A DNA stretch of 64,000 bases from Alphaproteobacteria bacterium. GTDB lineage: Bacteria; Pseudomonadota; Alphaproteobacteria; Bin95. Position 1 is the first letter of the stretch; each line of letters opens with the position of its first letter. Below the pieces are notes generated by a model that saw only the letters and a program-made list of their open reading frames with translations, searched no databases and was not told where the DNA came from. Both the position numbers and the translations under genes were made by a program. The stretch is from positions 480,001-544,000 of the forward strand of contig OZ219786.1 of assembly GCA_964291285.2 (NCBI GenBank), written 5' to 3'. This document shows, piece by piece, positions 42,935-51,744 of the stretch.

Positions 42935-44556
42935 GCCGCCGCCTCCGACGCCACCGCCGCCAGACCCCGCAGCGCCTCGGCCGCCTCCGGGATCTCCGCC
43001 CCCTTCAGCAGCGCGTCCGCCGGGTCCACACGCCCCGCCGCGACCGCCCGCCAGATCCGCCGCCCCAGCGGAACCCCGCCCATGGCATCGACCCAGTGGT
43101 TCCACGCCCCGATCGCGTCACGCTTCCCCACGAACCGCAGGTAGCCGTCGTTCGGAACGATCCACTCCGCCACCGCCTGCTGGCCCTCGTAGCCCGCCCA
43201 CGCCGCCAGAGAGAGCGCCGACTGGCCCGGACGGCGGCATGCGCCGCAGCCTTGCGGGTCGCGGTAGCGCACCCGCCCCCCCAGCACCGCCTCGAGCCCC
43301 TCCGGAAGCGTCCGGCCCTCCGGCAGGCCCGGACGCGAGCAGTGGCGGCACAGCAGCGGCACCAGCGTCTGCTTCATCAGCAGGCGGATGTTGCCCCGCT
43401 TCGTCACCTCCGCCTCCGTCACCCCGAGGTCCATCAGCCGGAACAGGATGCCGTTCGCACTGTGCACGTGGATCGTCGTCCACACCTGGTGGCCCGAGTC
43501 GATGAACTGCAGCACCTGGCGCGCCCCCGAACGGTCGCGGATCTCGCCCACCATCCCCGAGGCCGGGTGAAGCCGCACGAAATGCATCAGGCCCGCCTGG
43601 AAGTGCAGGTCGCGCTCCTCGCCCGCGCCCCCCGTCGGAACCGCGATCTGGACCGCGCCCTCTATGTCGTATTCGACCGGGTCCTCCAGCGTCACGAGGT
43701 TCAGACGGCCCCCGTGCTCGCGCATCTGCAGCGCCAGGTTCGTCGCCAGCGTCGTCGACTTCCCGTCCCCCGTCGTCCCCCCGATGACGATCCCGCCGTA
43801 TTTCGACATCCGGATCTCGCGGAACAGGCTCTCCACCTCCTCAGTGAACCCCAGGTCCGCCAGCGTCCGCGCACTCCCGCCATGGTCCCGGTAGAACAGC
43901 CGCGCGAACAGGTGGTGGCCGTCCGGCTCGTCCGGACCCGCCTCGCAGCGCAGCGCCGCGATCTCCTCCGGCAGCGGAAACGCCTCCGAACGACGGATGC
44001 TGAACCCCTGGAAGCTGCCCCGCTGCAGCGAGGTCTGCCGCGACCCCTCGTCCTTCACGTAGAACAGGAACCCGTAGACCCGGTCCGCGTCGCTCGTCGT
44101 CAGCGCCTCGCCCAGCGCCAGCTTGCGGTCGTTCACGATCGCGAACACCCGGCACCCGTCCGCGCCCTTCTCGAACACCACATCCGAGGCCCGCGCCCGC
44201 GCCGCCTCCGTGAAGATCCCCGCAACGCTCTCCACGATCGCCGGGTCGACCTCCGGACCCTCCGGACCCGAACCGTGGCCGCGCCACACCGCCGCCACCT
44301 CCCGAAGCGACGCCGCCTCCTCGCGCAACGGACCCCGGACCGCCCCCGAACGCTGCAACTCGACCAGAAGCGCCCGCGCCTCCTCGTCGTTCGCATAGCC
44401 CCGAGCGAACATCACCCGCCCGTCCGACCACACCGCGCAGCGCTCCCGGAACCGCGCGTCCATCCGTCCCCAGCGCACCAGACCCGACGGCAGGACCTCC
44501 GGCGCCGGCTCCCGGAACAGCGCACGATGCCACAGCGGACGGCGACCGGCCGTCAC
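42931..44556 (-). CDS. pilQ: PilQ (GspE/PilB family) pilus assembly ATPase
   Basis: GIVIGGTTGDGKSTTL; LVTLEDPVEY; MVGEIRD; SGHQVWTTIH; CxxC...CxxC. Confidence 0.92.
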   Translation of the reverse strand: MTAGRRPLWHRALFREPAPEVLPSGLVRWGRMDARFRERCAVWSDGRVMFARGYANDEEARALLVELQRSGAVRGPLREEAASLREVAAVWRGHGSGPEGPEVDPAIVESVAGIFTEAARARASDVVFEKGADGCRVFAIVNDRKLALGEALTTSDADRVYGFLFYVKDEGSRQTSLQRGSFQGFSIRRSEAFPLPEEIAALRCEAGPDEPDGHHLFARLFYRDHGGSARTLADLGFTEEVESLFREIRMSKYGGIVIGGTTGDGKSTTLATNLALQMREHGGRLNLVTLEDPVEYDIEGAVQIAVPTGGAGEERDLHFQAGLMHFVRLHPASGMVGEIRDRSGARQVLQFIDSGHQVWTTIHVHSANGILFRLMDLGVTEAEVTKRGNIRLLMKQTLVPLLCRHCSRPGLPEGRTLPEGLEAVLGGRVRYRDPQGCGACRRPGQSALSLAAWAGYEGQQAVAEWIVPNDGYLRFVGKRDAIGAWNHWVDAMGGVPLGRRIWRAVAAGRVDPADALLKGAEIPEAAEALRGLAAVASEAAA

Positions 44557-45503
44557 CGCGGGGCCCTCGACCGCCAGGGGAGCCGGTCGGCCCGCCAGCC
44601 CGTCACGCGCACCCCCGGAGGACGCGCCTCGACCGCAACCACCGCAACCCCGCCCGGAAGACTGTCGCCCGCCTCCACACGCCACACCTTCTCGCCGTCC
44701 GTCACCGCCGCGCGCAGCGCAGCGCCCGATCCCGTCACCGCAAACCAGCCATAGTCCGGGGGCGGCTCCGGAGCCGGCGCCGTCCCGGCCTCCTCCGCAC
44801 CGTCCGCCTCCTTGCGCGCCAGTTCCGCCCGCGAGGCCTCCAGCATCGCCTCATGCGCCGCGCGCACCCGCGCGTCCGCCTCGCGGCGCATCGTCTCCCG
44901 ACGCAGCGCCTCCTCGGCGCGCGCCGACGCCGACGCCCGCAGCGCCGCCGCAAGCTCCCGGTCCGAAGCCACGATCTCCGCCAGAAGCGCCTGGCGGTCC
45001 CGGCACAGCGCCAGGATCTCGCGCTCCAGGCCCAGCGCCTCGCTGAACTCCCCCTCCTCCACCGCGGACGACAGCATCCGCGCGATCGCCGACCGCGGAC
45101 ACTCGAACACACGCAGGATCGCCGGCTCATGCGACCCGGCGGCGGCAGACGAGGCCGGGGCGGCGGCGGGAAAGACGGACCGCCGCCCCGGCGCGCCGGC
45201 GGACAACGGAACGGCCGCGTTGTCCGAAGCCGCCGGCGTCCCGCGATCGACACCGCCCGCGCCCGGGGAAGCGGCGGACGGTCCGGGGCCGGGAAGGGAA
45301 GGCGGGGTTGCCGTGGCCGGTGACGGCAGCGAAGACGGCAACGGCGGAAGCGCGTCCCCCGTCCCCTCCGGCAACGCCGACGCCGGTGACAGCAGCAACG
45401 CCCCGGACAGCAGGCCCGCAAGCAGGGGCAGGACCCGCGGACGCGCCCGGACACCCGCCGGAGACTTGACGAAAACCCGCCCCCCGGGACAGGATGCGCC
45501 CAT
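44553..45503 (-). CDS. pilP: PilP-like type IVb pilus biogenesis protein; start uncertain
   Basis: Signal-like segment, Pro-rich linker, coiled coil, C-terminal VTGSGAALRAAV...VEAGDSLPGG.AV beta domain; directly upstream of pilQ. Confidence 0.65.
   Translation of the reverse strand: MGASCPGGRVFVKSPAGVRARPRVLPLLAGLLSGALLLSPASALPEGTGDALPPLPSSLPSPATATPPSLPGPGPSAASPGAGGVDRGTPAASDNAAVPLSAGAPGRRSVFPAAAPASSAAAGSHEPAILRVFECPRSAIARMLSSAVEEGEFSEALGLEREILALCRDRQALLAEIVASDRELAAALRASASARAEEALRRETMRREADARVRAAHEAMLEASRAELARKEADGAEEAGTAPAPEPPPDYGWFAVTGSGAALRAAVTDGEKVWRVEAGDSLPGGVAVVAVEARPPGVRVTGWRADRLPWRSRAPR
45466..45495 (+). promoter_or_regulatory. Putative sigma70 promoter for the DUF1640-like gene (possibly leaderless)
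   Basis: TTGACG-18 bp-CAGGAT, ending 6 bp before ATG 45502; no SD. Confidence 0.35.
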
Positions 45504-45972
45504 GATGTCGTCCTTCGACACCCTCGCCGCCGCCGAAGCGCTCCAGGACGCCGGCGCCAAGCCCGAACTCGCCAAGGCCATGGCCGCCCAGCTCAAGGCC
45601 GCGGCGAAAGCCGGCGAACCCGTCACGAGACCCGAACTCGACGCCGCTCTCGGCGCACTCAAGGCCGAACTGCTCGAACGCTTCGCCGCGAGCGAAAAGG
45701 GCCTCAGCGAACGCATCGCCGCGACAGACCAGCGCATCGCCGCGACCGACCAGCGGATTGCATCCGTCGAGAAAAACCTGATCGAGCGCATCGCCGCGAG
45801 CGACCAGCGGACCGCCGCGACCGAGACGCGCCTGCTCGGACGCATCGCGGAGACGGAACGCCGGCTGATGGACCGGACGGCCGCCCTCGTCTGGCGGCTG
45901 TTCGGCGCCATGGTCGCGCTCGCCGGCATCACCATCGCGGTGCTCGAATACCTGCGCACGCCGCCCGGATAG
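45502..45972 (+). CDS. DUF1640/CCDC90-like coiled-coil membrane-anchored protein
   Basis: FDTLAAAEALQDAG..PE.A.A head, VTR.EL neck, heptad repeats RIAATDQ, C-terminal TM. Confidence 0.8.
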   Translation: MMSSFDTLAAAEALQDAGAKPELAKAMAAQLKAAAKAGEPVTRPELDAALGALKAELLERFAASEKGLSERIAATDQRIAATDQRIASVEKNLIERIAASDQRTAATETRLLGRIAETERRLMDRTAALVWRLFGAMVALAGITIAVLEYLRTPPG

Positions 45973-45978
45973 CCGCCG

Positions 45979-46007
45979 GCGGCCCCGGAAGCCGCAACCG
46001 GGGCCGC
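45979..46007. terminator. GC stem-loop between convergent genes
   Basis: GCGGCCCCGG-9 nt-CCGGGGCCGC perfect 10-bp stem; no clear U-tract. Confidence 0.5.
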
Positions 46008-46049
46008 GAAGCGAAGACGGCGGAAGGCGCGCAGCATCGCCCGGCGCCC

Positions 46050-47297
46050 TCAGTACCGGTCCGGCGTGTGCCGGGTCCACACGGTCGGCTGCATGTCGAG
46101 ATCGGCGGCCAGTTCGCGCCAGCCGATGCTGCGCGGCCCCGCCGGATCGTCCCGGACCGTCATCTCGAGGCGGCCCCGCGTCCAGCGCCAGGTTCCGTCG
46201 AAATGCGGGCCCTCGACCAGGGTCCCCGCCTCGTCCACCACCGAGAACTTCCCCTCGGGGTGGAACACGAAACGCCTGTCCGCATACGCCTCGCCCATGA
46301 ACGCCAGCGAACGCGGATAGGGACGCGCGATGAACTCGTCCGTCAGCTGGAACGCCGCATGGCGGTGGCCGGTGGGAAGATAGTAGAACGGATAGCCGAC
46401 CAGGTAGCGGTAACGGACCCTCGGGCCGTCATGAATCTCGATCCACTCGCCCGCCTCGTCTGCCGTGCGCACGATGTCCCAGTAGCCGTCCGTCATGTTC
46501 CAGTGCCCGATCCGCCAGAGCTCCTCCCGGTCTCCGGCGCGCACATAGGTGAGGCCGATGCGTTTGTTGGCGAACAGCACGTTGCCTTCCTGGGCCTCGA
46601 GCCAGGCATCCACTTCCGCCCTGGTGGTCGTCGGCCTGTTGCCGGAGCGGCCGAGGCCGGTGCGGCCCGGCGACGTCAGCTGCGAGCCCGGGAAGTGCCG
46701 GACCGGCGCGTCCGGGTCCTGGCGGCGCAACTCGTCCATCCTCAGCGAGGTCTGCTTCTCGTTGATCCGGATATGCGCCGGGATCTTCAGGTCTGGACAG
46801 GCATCCGCCAGGGCGCGCGGCCAGCTGTCCTGGATATGGCCCCGGGTGGCGACGATATAGGCGCCCTTCCGGTAGATTTCGGTCGCAAGCCCGCCGGTCT
46901 CCGGATCGTAGAAATGGGCTGAATACCGGCGCTCCTGCGGGTTGCGTTGCCACAGCAGTTCGCCGCCGTTCCCCGCCCTGTGCGTCGACCAGCGGATATT
47001 CGACGAGGTCCACCAGGATCGCTTGCCTTCGACGCGGCCGGGCACACACCGATAGACTGTCCCGTCGGCGCCGAAGACCACCCCCTGGACGACATTGCGG
47101 AACCGCCCGGTCCCCTCGAACACCCTCACCCTGTCCGGGAGCAGCCGGTTGTAGAAGTCGGCGCTGTAAGGCGTAAGGTCGTAGTAGGCTTTCCTGCCGG
47201 AGTTCGCCGACTGCCCGTGCGCCGTGCAGGAGGCCAGCGCCGCGCCCGCAAGCGCCAGCGCCAGCAGTCTCCCTGCCGTGAGGTTCGACGGCTTCAT
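46050..47297 (-). CDS. Hypothetical lipoprotein (415 aa)
   Basis: Lipobox LASC; GAAGGGAG SD; aromatic-rich beta-type sequence. Confidence 0.75.
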   Translation of the reverse strand: MKPSNLTAGRLLALALAGAALASCTAHGQSANSGRKAYYDLTPYSADFYNRLLPDRVRVFEGTGRFRNVVQGVVFGADGTVYRCVPGRVEGKRSWWTSSNIRWSTHRAGNGGELLWQRNPQERRYSAHFYDPETGGLATEIYRKGAYIVATRGHIQDSWPRALADACPDLKIPAHIRINEKQTSLRMDELRRQDPDAPVRHFPGSQLTSPGRTGLGRSGNRPTTTRAEVDAWLEAQEGNVLFANKRIGLTYVRAGDREELWRIGHWNMTDGYWDIVRTADEAGEWIEIHDGPRVRYRYLVGYPFYYLPTGHRHAAFQLTDEFIARPYPRSLAFMGEAYADRRFVFHPEGKFSVVDEAGTLVEGPHFDGTWRWTRGRLEMTVRDDPAGPRSIGWRELAADLDMQPTVWTRHTPDRY

Positions 47298-47298
47298 G

Positions 47299-48123
47299 TC
47301 ACTGTCTCCCTTCCGTCTCGCGATGGGGTGGCCGGGCCCGGATGCGGGCCCCGCAAGAGGCCAGTCTGAGCACGAGGCCCGCCATGTCGAGCGTCGGGTG
47401 GAATACCGCCCGGCCCGGCGCGGCGTGGTGGTTGTTGTGCCAGCCCTCGCCCCAGGTGAGCAGCGCGACCGCCGGGTTGTTGCGGCTGTCGTCGCCCGTC
47501 CGGTGCGGCTGCGCCCCCCAGCGGTGGCAGGCCATCGTCACCAGCCCGCCTCCCCAGAGCGTCGCCGCCACCGGGACCGCCCAGCCGAAAACCGCCAGAC
47601 GCCAGTCCAGCGCCGCCAGCAGCACAGGCCAGCCGAGCGCCAGCGCCAGGTAGTGCCGGTGCAGCCACAGGCCGAACCGGTCGCCGCGCAGCTCGCGCCG
47701 GAACGCCGCCCTGTCCGCCGGCGCGCCGTAGCTCCCGACCAGCAGCGCCCGCCAGCCGAGCCGGCCGGCCGGATGCGGGTCGCCCGCCCGGTCGGCATGG
47801 GCGTGATGGCGCCGGTGCGTCACCGCCCAGGCGGGCCCGGTCCCGAAGCAGCCCATCACCCCCAGCAGGTGGAACATCACCACCGCCCGGCGCGGCGCCG
47901 CGAAACTCCGGTGCGCGAAGTAGCGGTGGAACCCGATCGACAGCCCGACGCACCCGAACAGGAAATAGCCCGACAGCGCGAGCGCCCACCAACCAAGACC
48001 CGCTTCGGCGAACGCCAGCGCCCACAGCGCGACCGCGCCGGTGACGATCTGGACCGCGCCGAAGAACGTCATCGGCGCGCCCGCCCTCCGGAACAGCTCC
48101 GTTCCTGCCGCCGGCGCGCTCAC
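47299..48123 (-). CDS. Membrane acyl-CoA/fatty acid desaturase (delta-9-like)
   Basis: Three His boxes: GFHRYFAHRSF, HRRHHAHAD, GEGWHNNHHA. Confidence 0.9.
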   Translation of the reverse strand: MSAPAAGTELFRRAGAPMTFFGAVQIVTGAVALWALAFAEAGLGWWALALSGYFLFGCVGLSIGFHRYFAHRSFAAPRRAVVMFHLLGVMGCFGTGPAWAVTHRRHHAHADRAGDPHPAGRLGWRALLVGSYGAPADRAAFRRELRGDRFGLWLHRHYLALALGWPVLLAALDWRLAVFGWAVPVAATLWGGGLVTMACHRWGAQPHRTGDDSRNNPAVALLTWGEGWHNNHHAAPGRAVFHPTLDMAGLVLRLASCGARIRARPPHRETEGRQ

Positions 48124-48635
48124 AGCGCGAGCTCGTAGTTGCCGCCCGTCAGCCGGAAGCCGAGGCGCTTCAACAGCCTGTCGGTCCGCGCGATGTCCAC
48201 GCCGGAGGCGACATTGACATGCAGGTGGACCGCGCCGCGTTCCCCGGCCCACCGCCGGCAGGCGTGCAGCAGCTTGATCGCCGCCAGCGACCCCCGATGC
48301 TCCGGCAGCACGTAGAAGGCGAGGATCGAGGCGCCGGGCGCGGACGAGTACCAGTGGGCCCCGACAGCCGCCGACAGCATGCCGACCGTGCGCTCGCCGC
48401 GCTCGGCCTGCACCAGGCAATACCTGCCGGGCTTCGCGAGGCGCTCGACGACGCCCCGCCTGACAAGCTCCGCATCGAAGGAGAGCGCCTTGTCGCCCAT
48501 CTCCTCATACGCGCAGCGGGCCAGGCTCACCCGCGCGGCGATGTCCTCTTCGGACCGCGAGAACCGGACGGTCACGCTCCCGGGCCGGGCGCCTGCCGGG
48601 CGGGGCAGGGCGGCAACTGCCGGGGCCGCGCTCAT
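48120..48635 (-). CDS. GNAT family acyltransferase
   Basis: Motif A FYVLPEHRGSLAAIKLL; WA.ERGA; RLLKRLGF...GGNY. Confidence 0.88.
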   Translation of the reverse strand: MSAAPAVAALPRPAGARPGSVTVRFSRSEEDIAARVSLARCAYEEMGDKALSFDAELVRRGVVERLAKPGRYCLVQAERGERTVGMLSAAVGAHWYSSAPGASILAFYVLPEHRGSLAAIKLLHACRRWAGERGAVHLHVNVASGVDIARTDRLLKRLGFRLTGGNYELAL

Positions 48636-50455
48636 TCCCTGCGCTCCCCGACCCTGAGCGAGACATCCCAAAACGCCATCGGGCCGTCCCTGCCGACATA
48701 TCGGCCCTCGCCGAACACGGTGTTGCCGGCGGCGCTTCGCACGACGCCGTCGCTCGTCAGCGCGATGGACCGGATGCCGGCCTCGTCGAGGCTGCGCAAC
48801 TCGCCCGGATCGCTCTCGCCGTCCCGGTCGAGGTCCTGCCAGACCCGGAACAGGGCCCACTCCGCATCCTCGGGGCCGAGCGCGCCGTCGCCGTCGGTGT
48901 CGAAGTGGCGGAGGCCCTCCAGGTCCGTGCGCGCGCCCGGCACATAGGAGACGAAGGACAGTTCGTCATGCGCCGCGATCCGCCCGTCGCCGTCCTTGTC
49001 GTAGGCAAGGAAACCGTCGTCGGGCGCCGCCCAGGCCATGCGGGTGCGGTAGCCGTCGCCGTTGATGTCGTAGAACGCGGTCGAGTCCTCGAGCGCCACC
49101 AGTTCCACGCCGTCCCCGTCAAGGTCCAGCACGATCGGCTTGGCGCCGCCGCCGCCGCCGTTGTTGTTGCCGGTGTTGTCGCCGAAGCCCACACTGGCGT
49201 CGTTGTCGTCCGGGTCGTCTCCGGCCTCGGTCCCGTCATTGTCATTGTCAGCTCCTCCCGGGCTCTCACCCTCGTTGCCGGGCAGGACGGGATCGGTCGG
49301 CGGCGGCCGGGTGGGCGGCGGCGTCCTGGGCCTGTCGGGAGGATCGGGATCGCCCGGCCGGGGAGGCGCGACCGGATCGGGCGTTACCGGAGCCGGGCGC
49401 CACGGCGGGTCCTGCGGCGGCGGCGGAGGCCGGCAGTTGTTGTCGGTGCGCACCAGGCGCCGGGCCCCGACCAGGCGCCATGTCCGCACCACCTCGGCGC
49501 CCGGACGGACCTGGAAGTCCCGATACTGCGTGTCCTGCTCGTAATGCGAGGTGCAGCCGCCCGACCACCCCGAGGGGCAGGAGCAGGAGCCCGTGGTGCG
49601 CTGCACCGGCCCCGCATACAGCCGGATCACCGGGTCCGGGAGCGGGTCCGGGGCCGGCGCCTGCGCATACACATGCGGGCAGAGGCCGCCGGCATGGCGC
49701 CACGGCCCGCATTGCGCCTGCGCGCCGAGACCCGCCCGGCGGTCGCAGTCGCGCGGCCAGAGATGCGCCGCGTCCGGCGCCGTCGCCGCAAGGTCCCGGC
49801 CCCGCGCGTCGCCCGCCCCGCGAATGTCCGTCGCCTGGATCGGAACACGCCGCGACTCGCGGAAGGTCTCCGTCGCCGAACCCGGACAGGCCACCGTCCG
49901 GAACTCCGTCTCCCAGCGGAACCCCGTCACCGTGCGCGCCGGATCGGCCACCGCCCCCACAAGCCCGACACGATCCTCCCCCAGCGAGGGAACCGACATG
50001 CAGGCCGGCAGCGACGCGTCGGCCCGCCCGAGCGCCCCCGCCGCAATGCGCGTGTTCGCCAGGATCACATGCAGCCCCGCCCGGCCGCCCCGCACCGGCG
50101 CCACCTGAACCTCGCGATGGCCCCGGCCCACGCCCTTCAGCTCGTCGCTGGCCGCATGGACCGCCAGCACCCCGCCGCAATAGCGCGCCGTCAGGCCCCG
50201 CGCCGTCCAGGACCCGAGCCACCAGGCCCCGGAGGGCGGGTCCGAGGCGCCGTCCCATTCGCTCCGCCAGAGCCGGGCCGCGTCCGTCACGCGGATGCGC
50301 TCCCCGACGCTCGCAAAGGCGGTCCGGATCGCCGCCGCATGCGCCAGCGCCTCCTGGCGCCGCGTCCGGTCCGGATCGCCCGTCTGCGCCACGGCGCCGG
50401 GCGCGATCGCGGCGAGGGCCAACGCCAGCGCCGCTGCGGTTCCCGCCGTTCTCAT
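48632..50455 (-). CDS. Secreted Cys-rich/Pro-rich adhesin-like protein with C-terminal FrpC-like self-processing (SPM)/EF-hand module
   Basis: Sec signal; Cys-rich centre; Pro- and Asp-rich linker; KPIVLDLDGDGVEL...YDINGDG.R...W..PDDGFL..D.DGDG.I....EL...L..FDTDGDG.L...D..W..FRVWQDLD.DG.SD.GEL.SL...GI.SI.L. Confidence 0.8.
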   Translation of the reverse strand: MRTAGTAAALALALAAIAPGAVAQTGDPDRTRRQEALAHAAAIRTAFASVGERIRVTDAARLWRSEWDGASDPPSGAWWLGSWTARGLTARYCGGVLAVHAASDELKGVGRGHREVQVAPVRGGRAGLHVILANTRIAAGALGRADASLPACMSVPSLGEDRVGLVGAVADPARTVTGFRWETEFRTVACPGSATETFRESRRVPIQATDIRGAGDARGRDLAATAPDAAHLWPRDCDRRAGLGAQAQCGPWRHAGGLCPHVYAQAPAPDPLPDPVIRLYAGPVQRTTGSCSCPSGWSGGCTSHYEQDTQYRDFQVRPGAEVVRTWRLVGARRLVRTDNNCRPPPPPQDPPWRPAPVTPDPVAPPRPGDPDPPDRPRTPPPTRPPPTDPVLPGNEGESPGGADNDNDGTEAGDDPDDNDASVGFGDNTGNNNGGGGGAKPIVLDLDGDGVELVALEDSTAFYDINGDGYRTRMAWAAPDDGFLAYDKDGDGRIAAHDELSFVSYVPGARTDLEGLRHFDTDGDGALGPEDAEWALFRVWQDLDRDGESDPGELRSLDEAGIRSIALTSDGVVRSAAGNTVFGEGRYVGRDGPMAFWDVSLRVGERRE

Positions 50456-51744
50456 CCCGCACTCCCCGCCGCGCCGTCCGCTGTGCCGTCCACCGGCAGG
50501 CCCGTCAGCGCCGTGAACTCGCTCTGAAGCATCCGGAACGGGCGGGCCCGCCGGCAGGCGAATACCCAGCCCCCCTCCCGGCTCCACGCCGCGGACACCA
50601 CCTCCAGGCCCTCGACCGCCGTCAGCATCGCGACCGCCTCGCCCAGCGGGCGCACGGTCCGCAACTCCACCTCGACCTCCGCTCCCCACTGCCCGTAGCC
50701 GATATCGAACCCCCGCAGCCCCAGCGCCCTGTCCAGGCGGCGGCGGAACGCGGCAGGCTCCGGCCAGGGCGCGGCCTCCGGGTCGTGGCGCGCCAGCACC
50801 GCCGGCAGCGGGCTGAACGCCGCCGCCGTTCCCGTGTTATCCAGAAGGGCGTTGCGCCAGTCTCCCAGCATGTCCTGCGCCAGAGGCACATGCACGCGCG
50901 GGTCGAGGCCCTCGCGCAGGCCCCAGTGCACCTCCAGCACCGCCTGCCCGGACAGGCCGCCCGGCGACAGGCCGGACCGCGCCTGCACGAAACGCGGATG
51001 GCACGCCGCCCCCTGCCGCTCCCACCCCGACATCGTGACCCGGTGCGCCTCCAGCGCCGCCCGGCAGTGCCGCAGGAACGCCCCGCTCCGCACCACCGCA
51101 TCGACCATGGGCGGTTCCTCCGGCGGCGCCTCCTTCAGACCGGCGAATACCAGTATCTCGTCCCGATGGTTCCAGGCCGGCCAGGCCCCGCCGCCGGCCA
51201 GCACCAGCAGCGCCGCCGCGATGCCCGCGCGCCAGGTCAGGCGCACCTTCGGCGCCTCGACCATGACCGGCAGGCCCGCCGCCGCGCCCGCAAGCGCCCC
51301 GCTCTCGACAACCGCCCCGGCCCCGAACAGCTCCGCAAGGCCCGGCGTCGCGATCACTGCCGCATCCTGGCCGCCGGCGCCGCCCAGCGCCCGGTGCGCC
51401 TGGTCCGCCGAACGGTAGACGCTCTCCCCGCCCGGCAGGATGCGCCCGCCCGCGCTCCGCACGACCCCGACACGGTTGCCGCCGTCCTCCTCCACGAAGG
51501 CCGCCCAGGCGGCAGGCGCCCCCGCGCCGCCGGAGGCCAGCACCGCCCGCAGCGCCCCGGCAAGCGGCGGCAGGCCGCCCGGCGCCTCCGCCGCCCCCAG
51601 AAACCCCGTCTGCCCGTCAAGCTCCACCATCCAGGCATGGCCGCGCTCGCGCGCCGCCCGCGCCGCACGGCCCCGGGACAGCACATCCCGCTCCCAGTCG
51701 AGACCGGCCGCAAACCGCCGCCCGCCCACCGCCAGCACGCTCAT
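50452..51744 (-). CDS. pilO: PilO2-like type IVb pilus protein
   Basis: VGGRRFAAGLDW N-terminus, central TM, FLRHC.....MSGW.....C; directly downstream of the secretin. Confidence 0.75.
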   Translation of the reverse strand: MSVLAVGGRRFAAGLDWERDVLSRGRAARAARERGHAWMVELDGQTGFLGAAEAPGGLPPLAGALRAVLASGGAGAPAAWAAFVEEDGGNRVGVVRSAGGRILPGGESVYRSADQAHRALGGAGGQDAAVIATPGLAELFGAGAVVESGALAGAAAGLPVMVEAPKVRLTWRAGIAAALLVLAGGGAWPAWNHRDEILVFAGLKEAPPEEPPMVDAVVRSGAFLRHCRAALEAHRVTMSGWERQGAACHPRFVQARSGLSPGGLSGQAVLEVHWGLREGLDPRVHVPLAQDMLGDWRNALLDNTGTAAAFSPLPAVLARHDPEAAPWPEPAAFRRRLDRALGLRGFDIGYGQWGAEVEVELRTVRPLGEAVAMLTAVEGLEVVSAAWSREGGWVFACRRARPFRMLQSEFTALTGLPVDGTADGAAGSAG

